A stretch of DNA of 64,000 nt from Octopus vulgaris. Taxonomy: Eukaryota. The notes under the pieces were generated by a model. The model saw nothing but the letters and a program-made list of their open reading frames with translations. It was not told the origin of the DNA and searched no databases. Both the position numbers and the translations under genes were made by a program. Below, one piece after another: positions 12,532 through 26,622 of the stretch; position 1 is the stretch's first letter; each line of letters begins with the position of its first letter. Where the stretch lies: the NCBI GenBank assembly GCA_951406725.2, contig OX597831.1, forward strand, positions 5,828,001-5,892,000, read 5' to 3'.

Positions 12532-12961
12532 TTCAAGCCTTATAGACAAAACAAAATTCCTTTCTTAGGTATTTTGTCCAAGTTCGACAGAGTTACTGCT
12601 CGGTTATTTCTCTATCTTATAACAATTGTACTAAAACGGCAAAAAATATTGAAATAATTATTTGAATTCTATTTTTAAGATTAATTTGGTTTTATTTCAT
12701 AGGATTTCAGTTTTAATCTGATTAACCCTTGCGTTTGGACTACTTCATCTGTGGTCTCCATCAATGCTGGAAGATACAGAGTTATCAAAATAAAAGAAAA
12801 CAGGAGCGAATTATGCTAATATTTCTATATTCATGCTGCAAGCAATAAAATTTCGTTGAAGGGCAAACGGAAAAACAAACATGCTTCGTAAAATACGAAT
12901 CGCTCCCTTCTGGCAGCATAACACATGAAAATAGCAACATAGAAATTGAAAACGACACACA

Positions 12962-13018
<57 letters not shown>

Positions 13019-13044
13019 GCACGCACGCACGCACGCACGCACAT

Positions 13045-13247
13045 GCACCGCGTATGTATCGTTGGCGATTTTTGTTCCTCCGTCTTCCCTTCCTTGGATC
13101 TTTCCTTTTTCTATGTTTCTGACGAAGAGCTCCGCTCGAAACGTTAAATCCTCCTTCTTTCTTTCCTCTCCTGAGCGTCCAATAACACTATACTTGTTCC
13201 ACGTCCTCGCGTTGTTGTGTTTTCTCTTTGTGTTTTCATGTTTGTAT

Positions 13248-13251
<4 letters not shown>
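13045..13251 (+). mobile_element. ~200-bp hammerhead-containing element (family H1) between (CA)n and (TA)n
   Basis: TTT-CTGACGA-A-GAGC-TCC-GCTC-GAAAC-GTT-AAA at 13116-13148; homologue at 55331-55540 (-). Confidence 0.7.
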
Positions 13252-14083
<832 letters not shown>

Positions 14084-14267
14084 CAAACATAAACATACAC
14101 ACACATACACAGATATAAATTCAGTCACAAGGTGTTGGTAGGCCCGGGGCCGCACACTAAGACTAAACCCGAAACTACGTAATCTTCTTAATTACACACG
14201 GGTGGTGTAATTAAGTGGTGAAATCCGAACAGACCGGAACTAGGCTGTCCAGTTCTGTCTCACTTTT

Positions 14268-14715
14268 GGTGAACAACTTCAAGTCGTCCTTAAATAGCAA
14301 GTAGTTCAGTTTTCCCTTATCGCTTCCCAGATCATACCCCCAACTTTACCTTCTGTAGCATTTCACTCAAGGGGATCATTCACAGCACAAAGAACAGTGA
14401 GGATACACTGTCCCCCTGGAAGATTCCTCTCATGATTATCGCCTTTCCTAATACGTAATTTCCCGTTGTCATTTCAGTTCTCCATCATTTCATACAGTCC
14501 TATATAAGGCTTCTCATGTTTCTGCTACTCTATACCATTTTCATGGTTCTTGTCATTCAAGAGTGTGGTATCATATCACCTGTTTTGCGATAGTCAATCC
14601 ATGCCATGCTCAGGTTTGTGTGTCTTCTCTTCCAGTTTCTCATAGCTAGATTATCAATTAAGAGCCAATTAAGAGCTGATCTTTCGCTCTCCGGTTCCTC
14701 TTTCGGCACACTTTC
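14268..14715 (-). mobile_element. R4/Dong-like reverse transcriptase fragment
   Basis: NLSMAWIDYRK..MIPHS..RGIFQGDSVS..LNYLLFKDDLKLF (RT motifs including the YxDD-equivalent), degenerate. Confidence 0.85.
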
Positions 14716-14832
14716 CGTTCAATAAGATAGATTATAAATTAACAACTGATCTTTCGTCCACCACCACCACCACAACCATCATCATCATCATCATATCATC
14801 ATCATCATCATCAGCATCATCATCATTATTGT

Positions 14833-16028
14833 CTTTGCTCAGTTTCTAACGCTGGAGATGTGCTACGGTGTCAGCTGTTCACTACCAGTGAACTAAGGTA
14901 ACACCTCTTATTTTTCAAGCACCTTCCGGAGTATTCGAGCAGTTCCAAGCAGTGCTGTTTTCTACAAGTGCTCCACCCTTATTGCAGCCCCTATCTGTTC
15001 CACGTACTTCTCGATATTTTTGCTCACTGTTCCCAGAGCTCTGGCAATTATTGGTACTACTGCTACCTTTTTCATCGACCACAACTGCTTAACTTCCCGA
15101 GCTAACCTGTCATATCTCTCGACTTTTCTTTCTTCCTTATCGCATACCTTGTTGTCAGCTGGGCATGCAATATCTATGATGCAGTATAGTTTGTTTTCTT
15201 TCTCGATTAAGACTATGTCCGGCTTCCTAATCTCAATCTCATGGTCGTCCTGAATCATAAAATCCCATAGGATCTTTACATTATCATTTTCGATGATGCC
15301 TTCGGGTTTATGTTCCTACCACTTTTTTTGCTCTGCCAAGTCCACACTTGTTGCAAAGTGTCCAATGGATAATCCTTGTTATGTTGTCATGACGTATCTT
15401 ATATTATTTCTGGGCTAGTGACGTACATTGGCTGGTAATATACTATACAGTTTCACTGTTTTGTCCACAGATTCTTGCACTTATAACTTTCTGCTGTGTC
15501 GTCGATTCTGTATTTGATGTAATTCGTTCTTAATGCTTGCTCTTGGGCAGCACAGATTAGAGCCTCCGTTTCTGGTTTTAAATCACTTTTAGTCATCCAC
15601 AGCCATCTCTTTTTCTCTATCTTATCTACAACATCCCTATGAAATTGTCCATAACTTTTTTTCTTTATCCACTTATTTTCAGTTTCATTCATTTTCAATT
15701 GCTTGTATTGTGCTTTATCTTTGCAATCTTTCATCCTACACAAGCCTGACCTTCTTATTTCCAGTAATAGCGATTTTGTGGCGTTTTTTACAAACCATGC
15801 TGTTTTCTTCTGCTCTAGTGCTGTGTTCGCATCCAATAAGTCCTCTTCCCCCTCTTTTTCTTGGTACATACAGTCTGTCTGTGTCACCTTCCTTGTCTTT
15901 CTGTCTAAGCTGTTTAGTTCGTCTAATATTCATGTGATTACCCCTGCTCCATATCTAAGGAGTGAAACCGCCCAGGTGTTGACAGCTTCAATCTTTTTCC
16001 GTCCGTTTAATTAAGATCAGAAGCCATG
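14833..16028 (-). mobile_element. R4/Dong-like LINE 3' half (RT C-terminus, Zn knuckle region, PD-D/ExK RLE)
   Basis: AVNTWAVSLLRYGAG; DRLYVPRKRGGRGL; LKPETEALICAAQEQALRTN; RKPDIVLIEKENK..IIDIACP..KTALLGTARILRKVLE. Confidence 0.9.
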
Positions 16029-16063
16029 ATAATTATTATTATTATCATTATTATAATAATAAT

Positions 16064-16145
<82 letters not shown>

Positions 16146-16154
16146 TGTGCATTA

Positions 16155-16260
<106 letters not shown>

Positions 16261-16799
16261 GAGTGAGAGAGCAGTTCATGCCATCAAAGTGACACTGGGG
16301 TAAAATATACGAAGCCCAATATACCCATCATGACTACCCATCTGATAAGGGCACACCAAGCACATGCATCACAACCATATGTGCGCGGCATGGTGATCTC
16401 ATATCAAGATAAACTGCACATGACCGTGCAGGTGGGGCCCATTTAGAATTTTCTTCAGGTTGATTAGCCCATCCCGCTCAAACGGTCCCTGAATAAGGGT
16501 TGTTTAAGGATGTTGAAAAACCCACCCATGTCTCCAGAGGTGAATTATTCAAACCCCAAAGAATCCCTCTCAACACATGGCTATGATGCACCTCCACTAC
16601 TTCTGCTGGTGATCAGAGATGCACATATCGTCAGCCACTAAGGGACATGCTCAACTGGTTAAGGTCAAATCTGTGGTATTGAGCAGAATATTTGCTGTAG
16701 CCCATCTTTTATACCAAGACAAAACAATGTACATGATAACACTTCCAATCAGTTAAGATCAGAAGCCATGAGAGCCTCTGCCTGGTACTGCATCAGGGC

Positions 16800-16800
<1 letters not shown>
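16261..16800 (-). mobile_element. ~540-bp non-coding element inserted in (TAA)n
   Basis: Second copy at 17041-17545; both are bounded by (ATT)n. Its end TGCCCTGATGCAGTACCAGGCAG is also found at ~42690-42729. Orientation is inferred. Confidence 0.7.
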
Positions 16801-16865
<65 letters not shown>

Positions 16866-16870
16866 CATGA

Positions 16871-16934
<64 letters not shown>

Positions 16935-16960
16935 CATGATCATTATTATTATTAATATTA

Positions 16961-17040
<80 letters not shown>

Positions 17041-17545
17041 GAGTAAGAGAGCAGCGCCTGAGTTATAAATTTACGAAGCCCAATACACCTATCACGAGGG
17101 TATACGAGGCACATGCACCACACGCATATCAAGATAAACAACGACTGGCTTTGCAGGTGGGGCCCAGTTAGAATTTTCTTCAGGTCAAGTAGCCCATCCC
17201 ACTTAAAAAGTCCGTGAATGAGGTTTGCTTAACGATGATGAATGAAACAACCCATGTTTCCAGAGGTGAATTATTCAAATCCCAAAGAATTCCTCTCAAC
17301 ACATGGCTATGATGCCCCCACCTGCTACTTCTGCTCATGATCAGAGATGCACATATCGTCATCCACCAAGAGACATGCTCAACTGGTTAAGGTGAAACAA
17401 CTGACAAGCAAATCTGTGGTATTGAGCAGAATATTTGCTGTAAAGCCCATCTTTTATACCAAGACAAAACAATGTAGATGATAATACTTCCAATCAGTTA
17501 CGATCAAAACCCACGAGAGCCAGTGGCTGGTACTCCATCAGAGCA
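17041..17545 (-). mobile_element. Second copy of the 540-bp (TAA)n-associated element
   Basis: Colinear with 16261-16800, with internal deletions. Confidence 0.7.
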
Positions 17546-17832
17546 AAATGCTTAGCGGTATTTCGTCTGCTGCTAAATTTTGAGTTCAAATTCCGCTGAT
17601 GTCGACTTTGACTTTCATCATTTCGGGGTCGATAAATGAAATACCTGTGAAATATTGGGGGTCGATGTAATCGACTATCTCCTCCCCTAAATGAAATACC
17701 TGTGAAACATTGGGGGTCGATGTAATCGACTATCTCCTCCCCTAAATGAAATACCTGTGAAACATTGGGGGTCGATGTAATCGACTATCTCCTCCCCTAT
17801 ATTTGGGGCCTTGTGCCTCCAGTAAAAAGGAT
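17543..17832 (+). mobile_element. SINE family C with internal ~54-bp triplication
   Basis: TAAATGAAATACCTGTGAAACATTGGGGGTCGATGTAATCGACTATCTCCTCCCC x3 at ~17633-17797. Confidence 0.85.
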
Positions 17833-17965
17833 TATTATTATTGTTGTTGTTGTTAATAAATATTAATAACGACAACGAAAATAACTATAAGAAATTTGAT
17901 GCAATCTTAAGAAACCTTTTCATTTTCATTTTCATTTGTGTATTCTAGGGGAGAGATGTATCAGA

Positions 17966-18652
17966 ATGTCTCGGCTGAAATACATCAAGAACCAAAAATT
18001 GCCGACTAAAGAAATGCTCTCCGTCTTCGCATTCATTGGTGCACGCGCGCCACTTGACTTTTCTTTCAGACAACTGGAGAACCTCGACAGTTTATTTTCA
18101 AAAGAAACTAGAGATGATGAAACTTCAAAGATGCATACATCTGAAGATATCTTATTCGGGAAATCGTCAGAGCAGACCAATTTGAGCAAACCGGAAGAGG
18201 AGCCCAAAACGTCTAGTAAAAAGTCATTGAGCCAGAGTCTTCGACTGAATAACAATTCTCTTAACAACATCGAAAGCTTGCCTGCCATGGTTCATGCATA
18301 TTTCCAATATTCCAGTGATCTTGCCTGGCTAGATCTGTCATTTAACCATATGAAGACCATCAGCACTCAGTTGTACAAGTTCCCAAACCTTCAGATATTA
18401 TACATGCATGGGAACGCGATAACTAACATGAACGACATTGGCAATTTAGTTCCACTAACGAAGTTGACCAAGCTCACTTTACACGGAAATCCAATAGAGC
18501 AGATACCAAACTATAGAATCACCGTTATATCTCGTCTTGTGACCCTCAGAGAATTCGACTTCAGTTGTGTCTCTCTTTCGGAGAGAGAGGCGGGAGAAAG
18601 AATGCAAAACGAAATAAAAAAGACGAAAAAGCCAAGAAAAAAGACACAGTAA
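17966..18652 (+). CDS. LRRC51: Leucine-rich repeat-containing protein 51 homologue, uninterrupted CDS
   Basis: Motifs PLDFSFR, KSLSQSLRLNNN, LAWLDLSFN, ILYMHGN, LTLHGNPIE..YR, FDFS match LRRC51 (PLDYSFR, SLTQSLWLNNN, LAWIDLSFN, LYLHGN, LTLHGNP, FDFS). A polypyrimidine tract plus AG at 17947-17948 precedes the first in-frame ATG (17966); a start in an upstream exon cannot be excluded. Confidence 0.9.
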   Translation: MSRLKYIKNQKLPTKEMLSVFAFIGARAPLDFSFRQLENLDSLFSKETRDDETSKMHTSEDILFGKSSEQTNLSKPEEEPKTSSKKSLSQSLRLNNNSLNNIESLPAMVHAYFQYSSDLAWLDLSFNHMKTISTQLYKFPNLQILYMHGNAITNMNDIGNLVPLTKLTKLTLHGNPIEQIPNYRITVISRLVTLREFDFSCVSLSEREAGERMQNEIKKTKKPRKKTQ

Positions 18653-19390
18653 ATTCCCACGTTCTTGTATTCGAGATGGGAATTCTTGAGTTCACACCCA
18701 CATGCGCAACACAGATGCATATACAAGCACGCGAGTACACAATCACAGTTAACGAACATTCAGTAATACATAATCACACACAGGCACAAACACAGTTCCA
18801 ACTCTCAAACACACGCACGCAAGCACACACACACACACACACGCACACACACACACACACATCATTTTAATTGTATATACAACTTGTACTGTAGGATATT
18901 TCCTTCAACATCCATGTAATGGGGTCCCTAAAAGATTTCGATAGCTTCAGTTAGTGTTGCTTCCCTTATCAACTAATATTTACGTTTATTTGTCCCACTT
19001 TGTATCATACCCAGGATCGTCTTAGCAGCATTATAGGCCACCGGACCAACGAATACACTAGGTCTTAGACTATTTATTCACTGACATCAAGCCACAGCAT
19101 ACACAGATCAAAATTAGGTCCCTAGATCCGTAAGGTCCCCGGGCAACTGCACGGTGTACTCATGCTTTAAGACGGTACCAAACACACTGTATAGTAAGAA
19201 CTATCACCCATCCAACGATTATACCAAATGTAGTGTGACTGGAATCACTCCAGCCATTTCAGTTTTTCCTTTTTACTTCGGTGAAGCTTTATACTTCGCT
19301 TTCAGCTTTAGAATTGGTTCTTCTCGCCTCGTTGATTATACTAGTAATGATTTTCAGCACGTAGATATACCAATAGGAAAGACATTTGCA

Positions 19391-19437
<47 letters not shown>

Positions 19438-19927
19438 TGTGCATGTTTGTGTTTATCTGTTATACACCGGTGCAAAACGTCGCATCAAATTGTGTCCTCG
19501 TACGTCAAATGGCGATTTAGCCATTCGATGGGGAACGGTGGCAAATTCCAAACCGGTATCGGTGATCATCTAAAAGAAACAAACGAATCATTTGAAGGCA
19601 GTGCTCCAGCATGGCCGCAGTCCAACGTATGAAACCTGTCATAGAATAAAAGAATACATAAAATGTAGCATAATTTCTTTCTGTATTACTTTACTTTATT
19701 CTTCAACGTCACCGCCACCCCTTAATCCGTTACAAATTTATTTTTATAAAACCTCCTGCGTTTCCTTATAGTCTCTTGCCTCAAACCAGTTTACTTTTCC
19801 TGACTTACGTTATCTTATTCAATCGTCAGATACATTTATTTATTCAAGTTTTAAAATATTAAGTATCTGTAAGCCTCGAATTCATCAAATGTTTACAACA
19901 GTACCAGCAAATAAGAAAGAATAAGTG

Positions 19928-19964
19928 TTTTTGATGAGCAGCTAACGCGAAACTCGGAGTAATT
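19928..19964 (+). ncRNA. Degenerate minimal hammerhead-like motif
   Basis: TTGATGA-GC-AGCTAAC-GC-GAAAC-TCGGA-GTA; shares stem III ACTCGGAGT with the motif at 26562. Confidence 0.5.
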
Positions 19965-19996
19965 AACTGGGGAAGCCTCATTTCTTCCACTGCCAA

Positions 19997-20068
<72 letters not shown>

Positions 20069-20186
20069 CCGGAACCATCACGAACCAGGAATTAAGAATC
20101 CACAAGAACAATGGAAGGAAACTATATTCTAATGTAAGCCATCTCAGGAAACTGGAGTATATATATATATATATATACATATATAC

Positions 20187-20260
<74 letters not shown>

Positions 20261-20269
20261 CACAAAAAA

Positions 20270-20534
20270 TAACTTAAGCAGTTTCGGTCTATGAAAAAGG
20301 TGGTAGTAGTACCAATAAATCTCGGAGCCCTGGGATAGTGAGCAAAAATCTCGAGAAGTACGTGGAACAAATAGGGGCTGCAATAAGGGTGAAAGATTTG
20401 CAGAAAACAGCACTGCTTGGAATCGCTCGAATACTCCGGAAGGTGCTCGGAAAATAAGAGGTGTTACCTTAGTTCACTGGTAGTGAACAGCTGACACTGT
20501 AATACATCTCCAGCGTTAGAAGCGTTGCAAAGGC

Positions 20535-20535
<1 letters not shown>
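20270..20535 (+). mobile_element. R4/Dong-like RLE LINE 3' end followed by (TAA)n
   Basis: SMKKVVVVPI..KNLEKYVEQIGAAIRV..LQKTALLGIARILRKVLGK*; same 3' UTR as 14833-14900. Confidence 0.85.
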
Positions 20536-20606
<71 letters not shown>

Positions 20607-21183
20607 CTTCTTTTCTACGCTCGGCACAAAGCCCGAAATTTTGGGGGAGGGACCAGTCGATTAGATCGACCTCAGTACGCAACTGGTACTTAGTTTATCG
20701 ATCCCGAAAGGATCAAAGGCAGAGTCGACCTCGGCAGAATTTGAACTCAGAGCATAAAGACAGACGAAATACCTATTTCTTTACTACTCACACGGGGCTA
20801 AACACAGGACAAACAAGGACAGACAAACGGATTAAGTCGATTATATCGACCCCAGTGCATAAATGGTACTTAATTTATCGACCTCGAATGGATGAAAGGC
20901 AAAGTCGACCTCAACGGAATTTGAACTCAGAACGTAGCGGCAGACGAAATACCTATTTCTTTACTACCCACAAGGGGCTAAACACAGAGAGGACAAACAA
21001 GGATAGACAAACGGATTAAGTCAATTACATCGACCCAGTGCGTAACTGGTACTTAATTTATCGACCCCGAAAGGATGAAGGGCAAAGTTGACCTCGGCGG
21101 AATTTGACCTCAGAACGTAACGGCAGACGAAATACGGCTACGCATTTCGCCCGGCGTGCTAACGTTTCTGCCAGCTCGCCGCC
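20607..21183 (-). mobile_element. SINE family C trimer
   Basis: One head, then two repeats of the junction AAAGAAATA|GGTATTTCGTCTG (~20950 and ~20770). Confidence 0.85.
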
Positions 21184-21185
<2 letters not shown>

Positions 21186-21244
<59 letters not shown>

Positions 21245-21255
21245 CAATAATAATG

Positions 21256-21352
<97 letters not shown>

Positions 21353-21369
21353 TAATAACAATAATAATG

Positions 21370-21439
<70 letters not shown>

Positions 21440-21456
21440 TAATAACAATAATAATG

Positions 21457-21493
<37 letters not shown>

Positions 21494-21497
21494 TAAC

Positions 21498-21538
<41 letters not shown>

Positions 21539-21546
21539 TAATAATG

Positions 21547-21595
<49 letters not shown>

Positions 21596-21596
21596 C

Positions 21597-21634
<38 letters not shown>

Positions 21635-21644
21635 CAACAACAAC

Positions 21645-21712
<68 letters not shown>

Positions 21713-21720
21713 TAACAATG
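21186..21720. repeat. (AAT)n microsatellite with recurring AAC/GAT variants
   Basis: Direct reading. Confidence 0.95.
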
Positions 21721-22417
21721 ATACTGATGGTGGTGGTAGTAGTGGTGGTGATGGTTGTGGTGACGATGATGATAATGATTTTGTTTCATTAAAACAAACA
21801 ATTAAATGAAATCATTATTCTTACGAGTTCATTATTCGTCGCTTTGCTACAGGCAGAAAGATAAAATTCAAAAATTCAAAATGTTACCTTTAATATGAAA
21901 AACATTCTGTTTAAATAGAAAAAGTCTTTGAAAGAATTAGAAAATTATTGACTTTACCTCTATTTTCATTTTCAGAAAAATGTATATATTATATTAGGCG
22001 TTTTTTTAATTGGGCAAATTATGGTTTTAATTGGGTAAAGCATAGGTTGCTTTTCTCAACAAAAGCTTAATATATAAATTTTTCATAAAGTCTAAATAAA
22101 AACATGTATTTTGAAATATTTTATTCCATTTTCTGCTTATTCAGTTTATACATTTTCCATTATTTCCATTAACTTCGATTTCTCCATAAACAACGTTCCA
22201 ACAGAGGGTTCTGTTTTCAATATTATGCTGTGTCTTACTGGTTAATTTGATGGAGACTTGGATGCTAATTGTAGCAGTTGAGTAACAACGTAAATGCTGT
22301 CTCGTTTGGTATTGCGTATGTTGGTAATAATTTGTAGCAGACGATGAATGTAAAATATTTTTGTAAATGATTTTGTAGTATTTACATATTTTCGGTGGTG
22401 GTGGTTGTTATTATTAT

Positions 22418-22897
22418 CTTTGCGCAGCTTCTAACGCTGGAGATATACTACGATGTTACCAGTGAACTAAGGTAACACCTCTTATTTTTCGAGCACCTTC
22501 CGGAGTATTCGAGCGGTTCCAAGCAGTGCTGATTCCTGCAAATGCTTCACCCTTATTGCAGCCCCTATTTGTTCCATATACTTCTCAAGATTTTTACTCA
22601 CTGTTCCCAGGGCTCTGACAGTTATTGGTACTACTACCACCTTTTTCATCGACCACAACTACTTAACTTCCCAAGCTAACTTGTCATATCTCTCAACTTT
22701 TCTTCCTTCCTTATCGCATACCTTGTTGTCAGCTGGGCATACTATATCTATGATCCAGCATAGTTTGTTTTCTTTCTCAATTAAGACTATGTCCGACTTC
22801 CTATTCTGTATCTCATGGTTGCACTGAATCATAATATCCAATAGGATCTTTACATTTCCATTTTCAATGATGCCTTCAGGTTTATGTTCGTGCCTTT
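22418..22897 (-). mobile_element. R4/Dong-like RLE domain fragment
   Basis: NRKSDIVLIEKENKLCWIIDIVCPADNKVCDKE..KLAWEVK; same family as 14833-16028. Confidence 0.85.
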
Positions 22898-23289
22898 ATT
22901 ATTTTTTTCCTTCTTCCTTCAAATTTTCTTTCATTTCTCGCCGAGTGTTTTCCGTACACCTAGGGCAGAGAAGCTCATTGTATGCATTCCCAATCTGGTA
23001 GGAATCTAAGAGATCAGTTGCGAATTTTTTGCTCTCTTTCAGAATAGAGTGAAGTTTTTTCGGTCTTTCATGTTTTTCAACAAGTTTTAGCATTCAATCG
23101 TAGGTTGTTTCAAGGCATTTTGGACAGTCCGATTCATTCAATCGTAGGTTGTTTCAAGGCATTTTGGACAGTCCGATTGTTGTGGTTTTGTACGTAAGTT
23201 CAAGCTGGATCAAGCCTCGACCTCCCTGAGCTCTGGCAAGGTAAAGACGATCGACGTCTGCCTTTGGATGGTGCATCTTATTACAAGTC

Positions 23290-23290
<1 letters not shown>
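22898..23290 (-). mobile_element. R4/Dong-like post-RT fragment with ~43-bp local tandem duplication
   Basis: MHHPKADVDRLYLARAQGGRGLIQLE; ATTCAATCGTAGGTTG..GTCCGATT occurs twice at ~23092-23178. Confidence 0.8.
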
Positions 23291-23364
<74 letters not shown>

Positions 23365-23366
23365 AT

Positions 23367-23416
<50 letters not shown>

Positions 23417-23567
23417 TTATTATTATTATTAAGCGGTGAGGTGGCACGCCGGGCAAAATGCTTGGCGGAATTTCATCCGTCCTTACGTTCTGAGTTCAAA
23501 TTCCGCCGAGGTCGACTTTGCCTTTCATCTTTTCGAGGTCGATGAAATAAGTACCAGTTTAAACACA

Positions 23568-23617
<50 letters not shown>

Positions 23618-24300
23618 AATCGGCTAAATCCCTCGCACCAAATTCCTGTCCCTGTGCCTGCAGAATATAGAATCATTTCATCGCTCATATACACACACAC
23701 ATTCATCTAATTAATAACTCAGAAATGCCGACAAGCAAAGTTGACTTAGATTTCCTGTACAATCTATAGCTGCAAAAGCATTCTACGATTCTTGTCTTTC
23801 GTAACAGATAACATCCATTCCCGTTTGATGAGGTGGAATACATGAAAGAATAAATTGTAAATGGGAGGAGTTGGACATAAATATATTTATTCCTGTAACT
23901 AACCACATTTAGAACATATATCTGTCTGCTATTACCTAAAAATTCTCCTGAATTTTTTTTCTTTTTCCTTTTATCCAATTGTTTACTGTCTTATACAGTT
24001 TCCTTGTCTTTCCCTGTCACAGTTCTGTTAGCATTGTGTACATGCTACAGTTGCTATTTATATCTTGGCGTTGCCATCGAAATCCATTTTCTCTAAATAT
24101 AGACGCCATTTTATATATTTGCATTTCTTTTTAAGTTCAGGCTTACATTTTAGATAAACTAAAACAAAATTAAGACAATTGAATGGAATTAACCAACAGC
24201 AACAACAACAATAACAACAACAACAACAAGACATCAATAACAAGCAACCACGCTGACAATAGTAACAATACGACCAACAACAATAACATAAAACAACGGC

Positions 24301-24353
<53 letters not shown>

Positions 24354-24409
24354 TGATGATGATGATAATAATAATAATAATAATAAATAATAATAATAAT
24401 AATAATAAT

Positions 24410-24486
<77 letters not shown>

Positions 24487-25143
24487 TGATGATGATGATG
24501 ATGATGATGATAACAACAACAACAACAATAATAATAATAATAATCATAGTGGTTTCCAATTTTGCCACAAGGGCAGCAATTTTGGGGGAGGGGATGAGTC
24601 AATTACATCCGGCCTCAGTGTTCAACTGGTTCTTATTCTATCGACCCCGAAAGGATGAAAGACAAAGTCGACCGCGACGGATGATGGTGGTGGTGGTGGT
24701 GGTGACGATGATGAGGAGGAGGATAATGATGACGATGATGATGGTGTTGTGGTGGTGGTTGTGGTGATGGTGATGGTGGTGGTGGTGCTGCTGCTGATGA
24801 TGATGATGATGGTGATAGTGATGATGATGATAATGATGATGATAATTTCTATCAATCTTGGAGAGATGAAAGGCAAAGTGGACCTGGATGGGAATTCAAC
24901 CTACAATGTAAAAAGCTGGGAAAAAAAAATATCACGAAACATTTTGTGGTGTAACCAACCATTATCAGCATAAACACGCACATATATATGTAGTTAAAAT
25001 TAAAATTATGTCCGGGTATAAACCTTATACAATGCTGCGTAAAGCACGTCCACAGTTATTGGCTATACTATGTTAACATCAGTAGGGATGCATAAGCTGC
25101 CGGATTCACTTCAGGAATTCTTTGGTTTCCGTAGAATTTATAT

Positions 25144-25469
25144 CTAAAGACTCCGCCGGTTACGACGACGAGGGTCCCAGCTGATACGATCAACGGAACA
25201 GCTTGCTCGTGAAATTAACGTGCAAATGGCTGAGCATTCCACAGACACGTGAACCCTTAACGTAGTTCTCGGGGATAATCAGCGTGACACAGAGAGTGAC
25301 AAGGCTGACCCTTTGAAATACAAGTACAACTCATTCTTGCCAGCTGAGTGAACTCGAGCATCATGAGATAAAGTGTCTTGCTCAAGGACAAAGCGCGCCG
25401 CCGGGAATCGAACGTACGACCTTACGATCATGAGCCGAATGCCCTAACCACTAAGCCACGCGCCCTCAC
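25144..25469 (-). mobile_element. SINE family E (D-like head plus A-like 3' body) with TSD
   Basis: TSD AGAATTTATAT at 25133-25143 and 25470-25480. Confidence 0.85.
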
Positions 25470-25746
25470 AGAATTTATATAAACAGATGTGAGACGACAA
25501 ATGGAATTCATTAGATATTTTTTTCATTCAACACCATCCTGCACCTATACCTGTGAAGTTCAGACACTGGATGAGTCGAAATAATTGAAATGGAGTTGAA
25601 TAAAGAATCTTGTGAATACCGCTTTCTGTCTCTGTGCATATGTATGTATGTGTGTGTGCGCGCCTGAGCACGTGTGTTTGTGTATATGTGTATGTGTATG
25701 TATGCATGTATGTATGTGTGCATATAGGTATATACATATATGTATG

Positions 25747-25862
<116 letters not shown>

Positions 25863-25882
25863 TACATGTATATATGTATGTT

Positions 25883-26320
25883 ATGAGGCAGTATCAAAAG
25901 CTTCCCAAACTAGTTCTGTAGCGTGCCAACAAATGGCAGTACACAGTCGCGTACGCAGTGAGAGTTAGCAGTGACCTTCATGAAGCAATGTGCTGAGTGA
26001 CGTGGCCGTGTTTACTTCGCAAGTTGTGAAATTCGTGTTTCTGTGATCACGTGTATGTTGCAATCTGCGATTTTTGTCATGGACAAGAAGTTGGAACAAA
26101 GAACCAATGTGAAATTTTGCGTTGAACTCGTGGAGTCTGCAACAGAGACATTGAGCATGCTTCGGTAAGCTTAGAGCGATGATGCAACGGCTCGTATGCA
26201 ATGTATCAAGTGGTATGGGCGGTTCAAAAGGGAAGAACGTCCTTGGAAAAGGATGAACGATCTTGAAGACGTGCCTCGAAGATCGCCTCCCAAAATGTGG
26301 AGAAATTTCATCAGCTTGAG
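25883..26320 (+). mobile_element. Mariner 5' fragment related to 4064-4797
   Basis: Similar TIR and leader; MDKKLEQRTNVKFCVELVESATETLSML. Confidence 0.8.
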
Positions 26321-26324
26321 AACC

Positions 26325-26496
26325 ATTATTAAGACAAAAGAGCCATCAGAATGACCGCTAAGTGAAGGTAGGGAGTAAAGGTAAGGGAGTAAAAATGTTC
26401 ATAGTATTCGCGAATACTATGAACATTTTTACCCCCTTACCTTTACTGCCTACCTTCACTTAGCGGTCATTCTGATGGCTCTTTTGTCTTAATAAT
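26325..26496. repeat. 172-bp palindrome, no spacer
   Basis: 86-bp arms centred on TTCG|CGAA (26410/26411); 2 mismatches counted by eye. Confidence 0.95.
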
Positions 26497-26561
26497 CGTC
26501 AATCACACAGCAATTTTCCTTTGTTTAACGGTCATTTTCATAGAATTTTTTTCGATAGCCG

Positions 26562-26622
26562 GATAACTGAAGAGATGGCGGCGTGGGTTTCCACCCCGAT
26601 ATCCGAAACTCGGAGTTTTATC
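26562..26622 (+). ncRNA. Type-I hammerhead-like motif
   Basis: GATAA-CTGAAGA-GAT..ATC-C-GAAAC-TCGGA-GTT-TTATC: 5-bp stem I, intact core, GUU triplet. Confidence 0.65.

Noticed and set aside
17633-17797. CRISPR-like array
   Set aside because: Contiguous tandem repeats without unique spacers inside a SINE; eukaryotic context and no cas genes.
17932-18288. 118-aa antisense ORF
   Set aside because: It is the shadow of the LRRC51 CDS.
19013-19179. Possible hAT-like MITE (CAGGATCGTCTTA..TAAGACGGTACC)
   Set aside because: TIRs are too degenerate and there is no TSD.
21840-22400. Possible additional exon(s) (acceptor-like TTTTCATTTTCAG; ~75-codon open frame on -)
   Set aside because: No recognisable homology or consistent splice pair.
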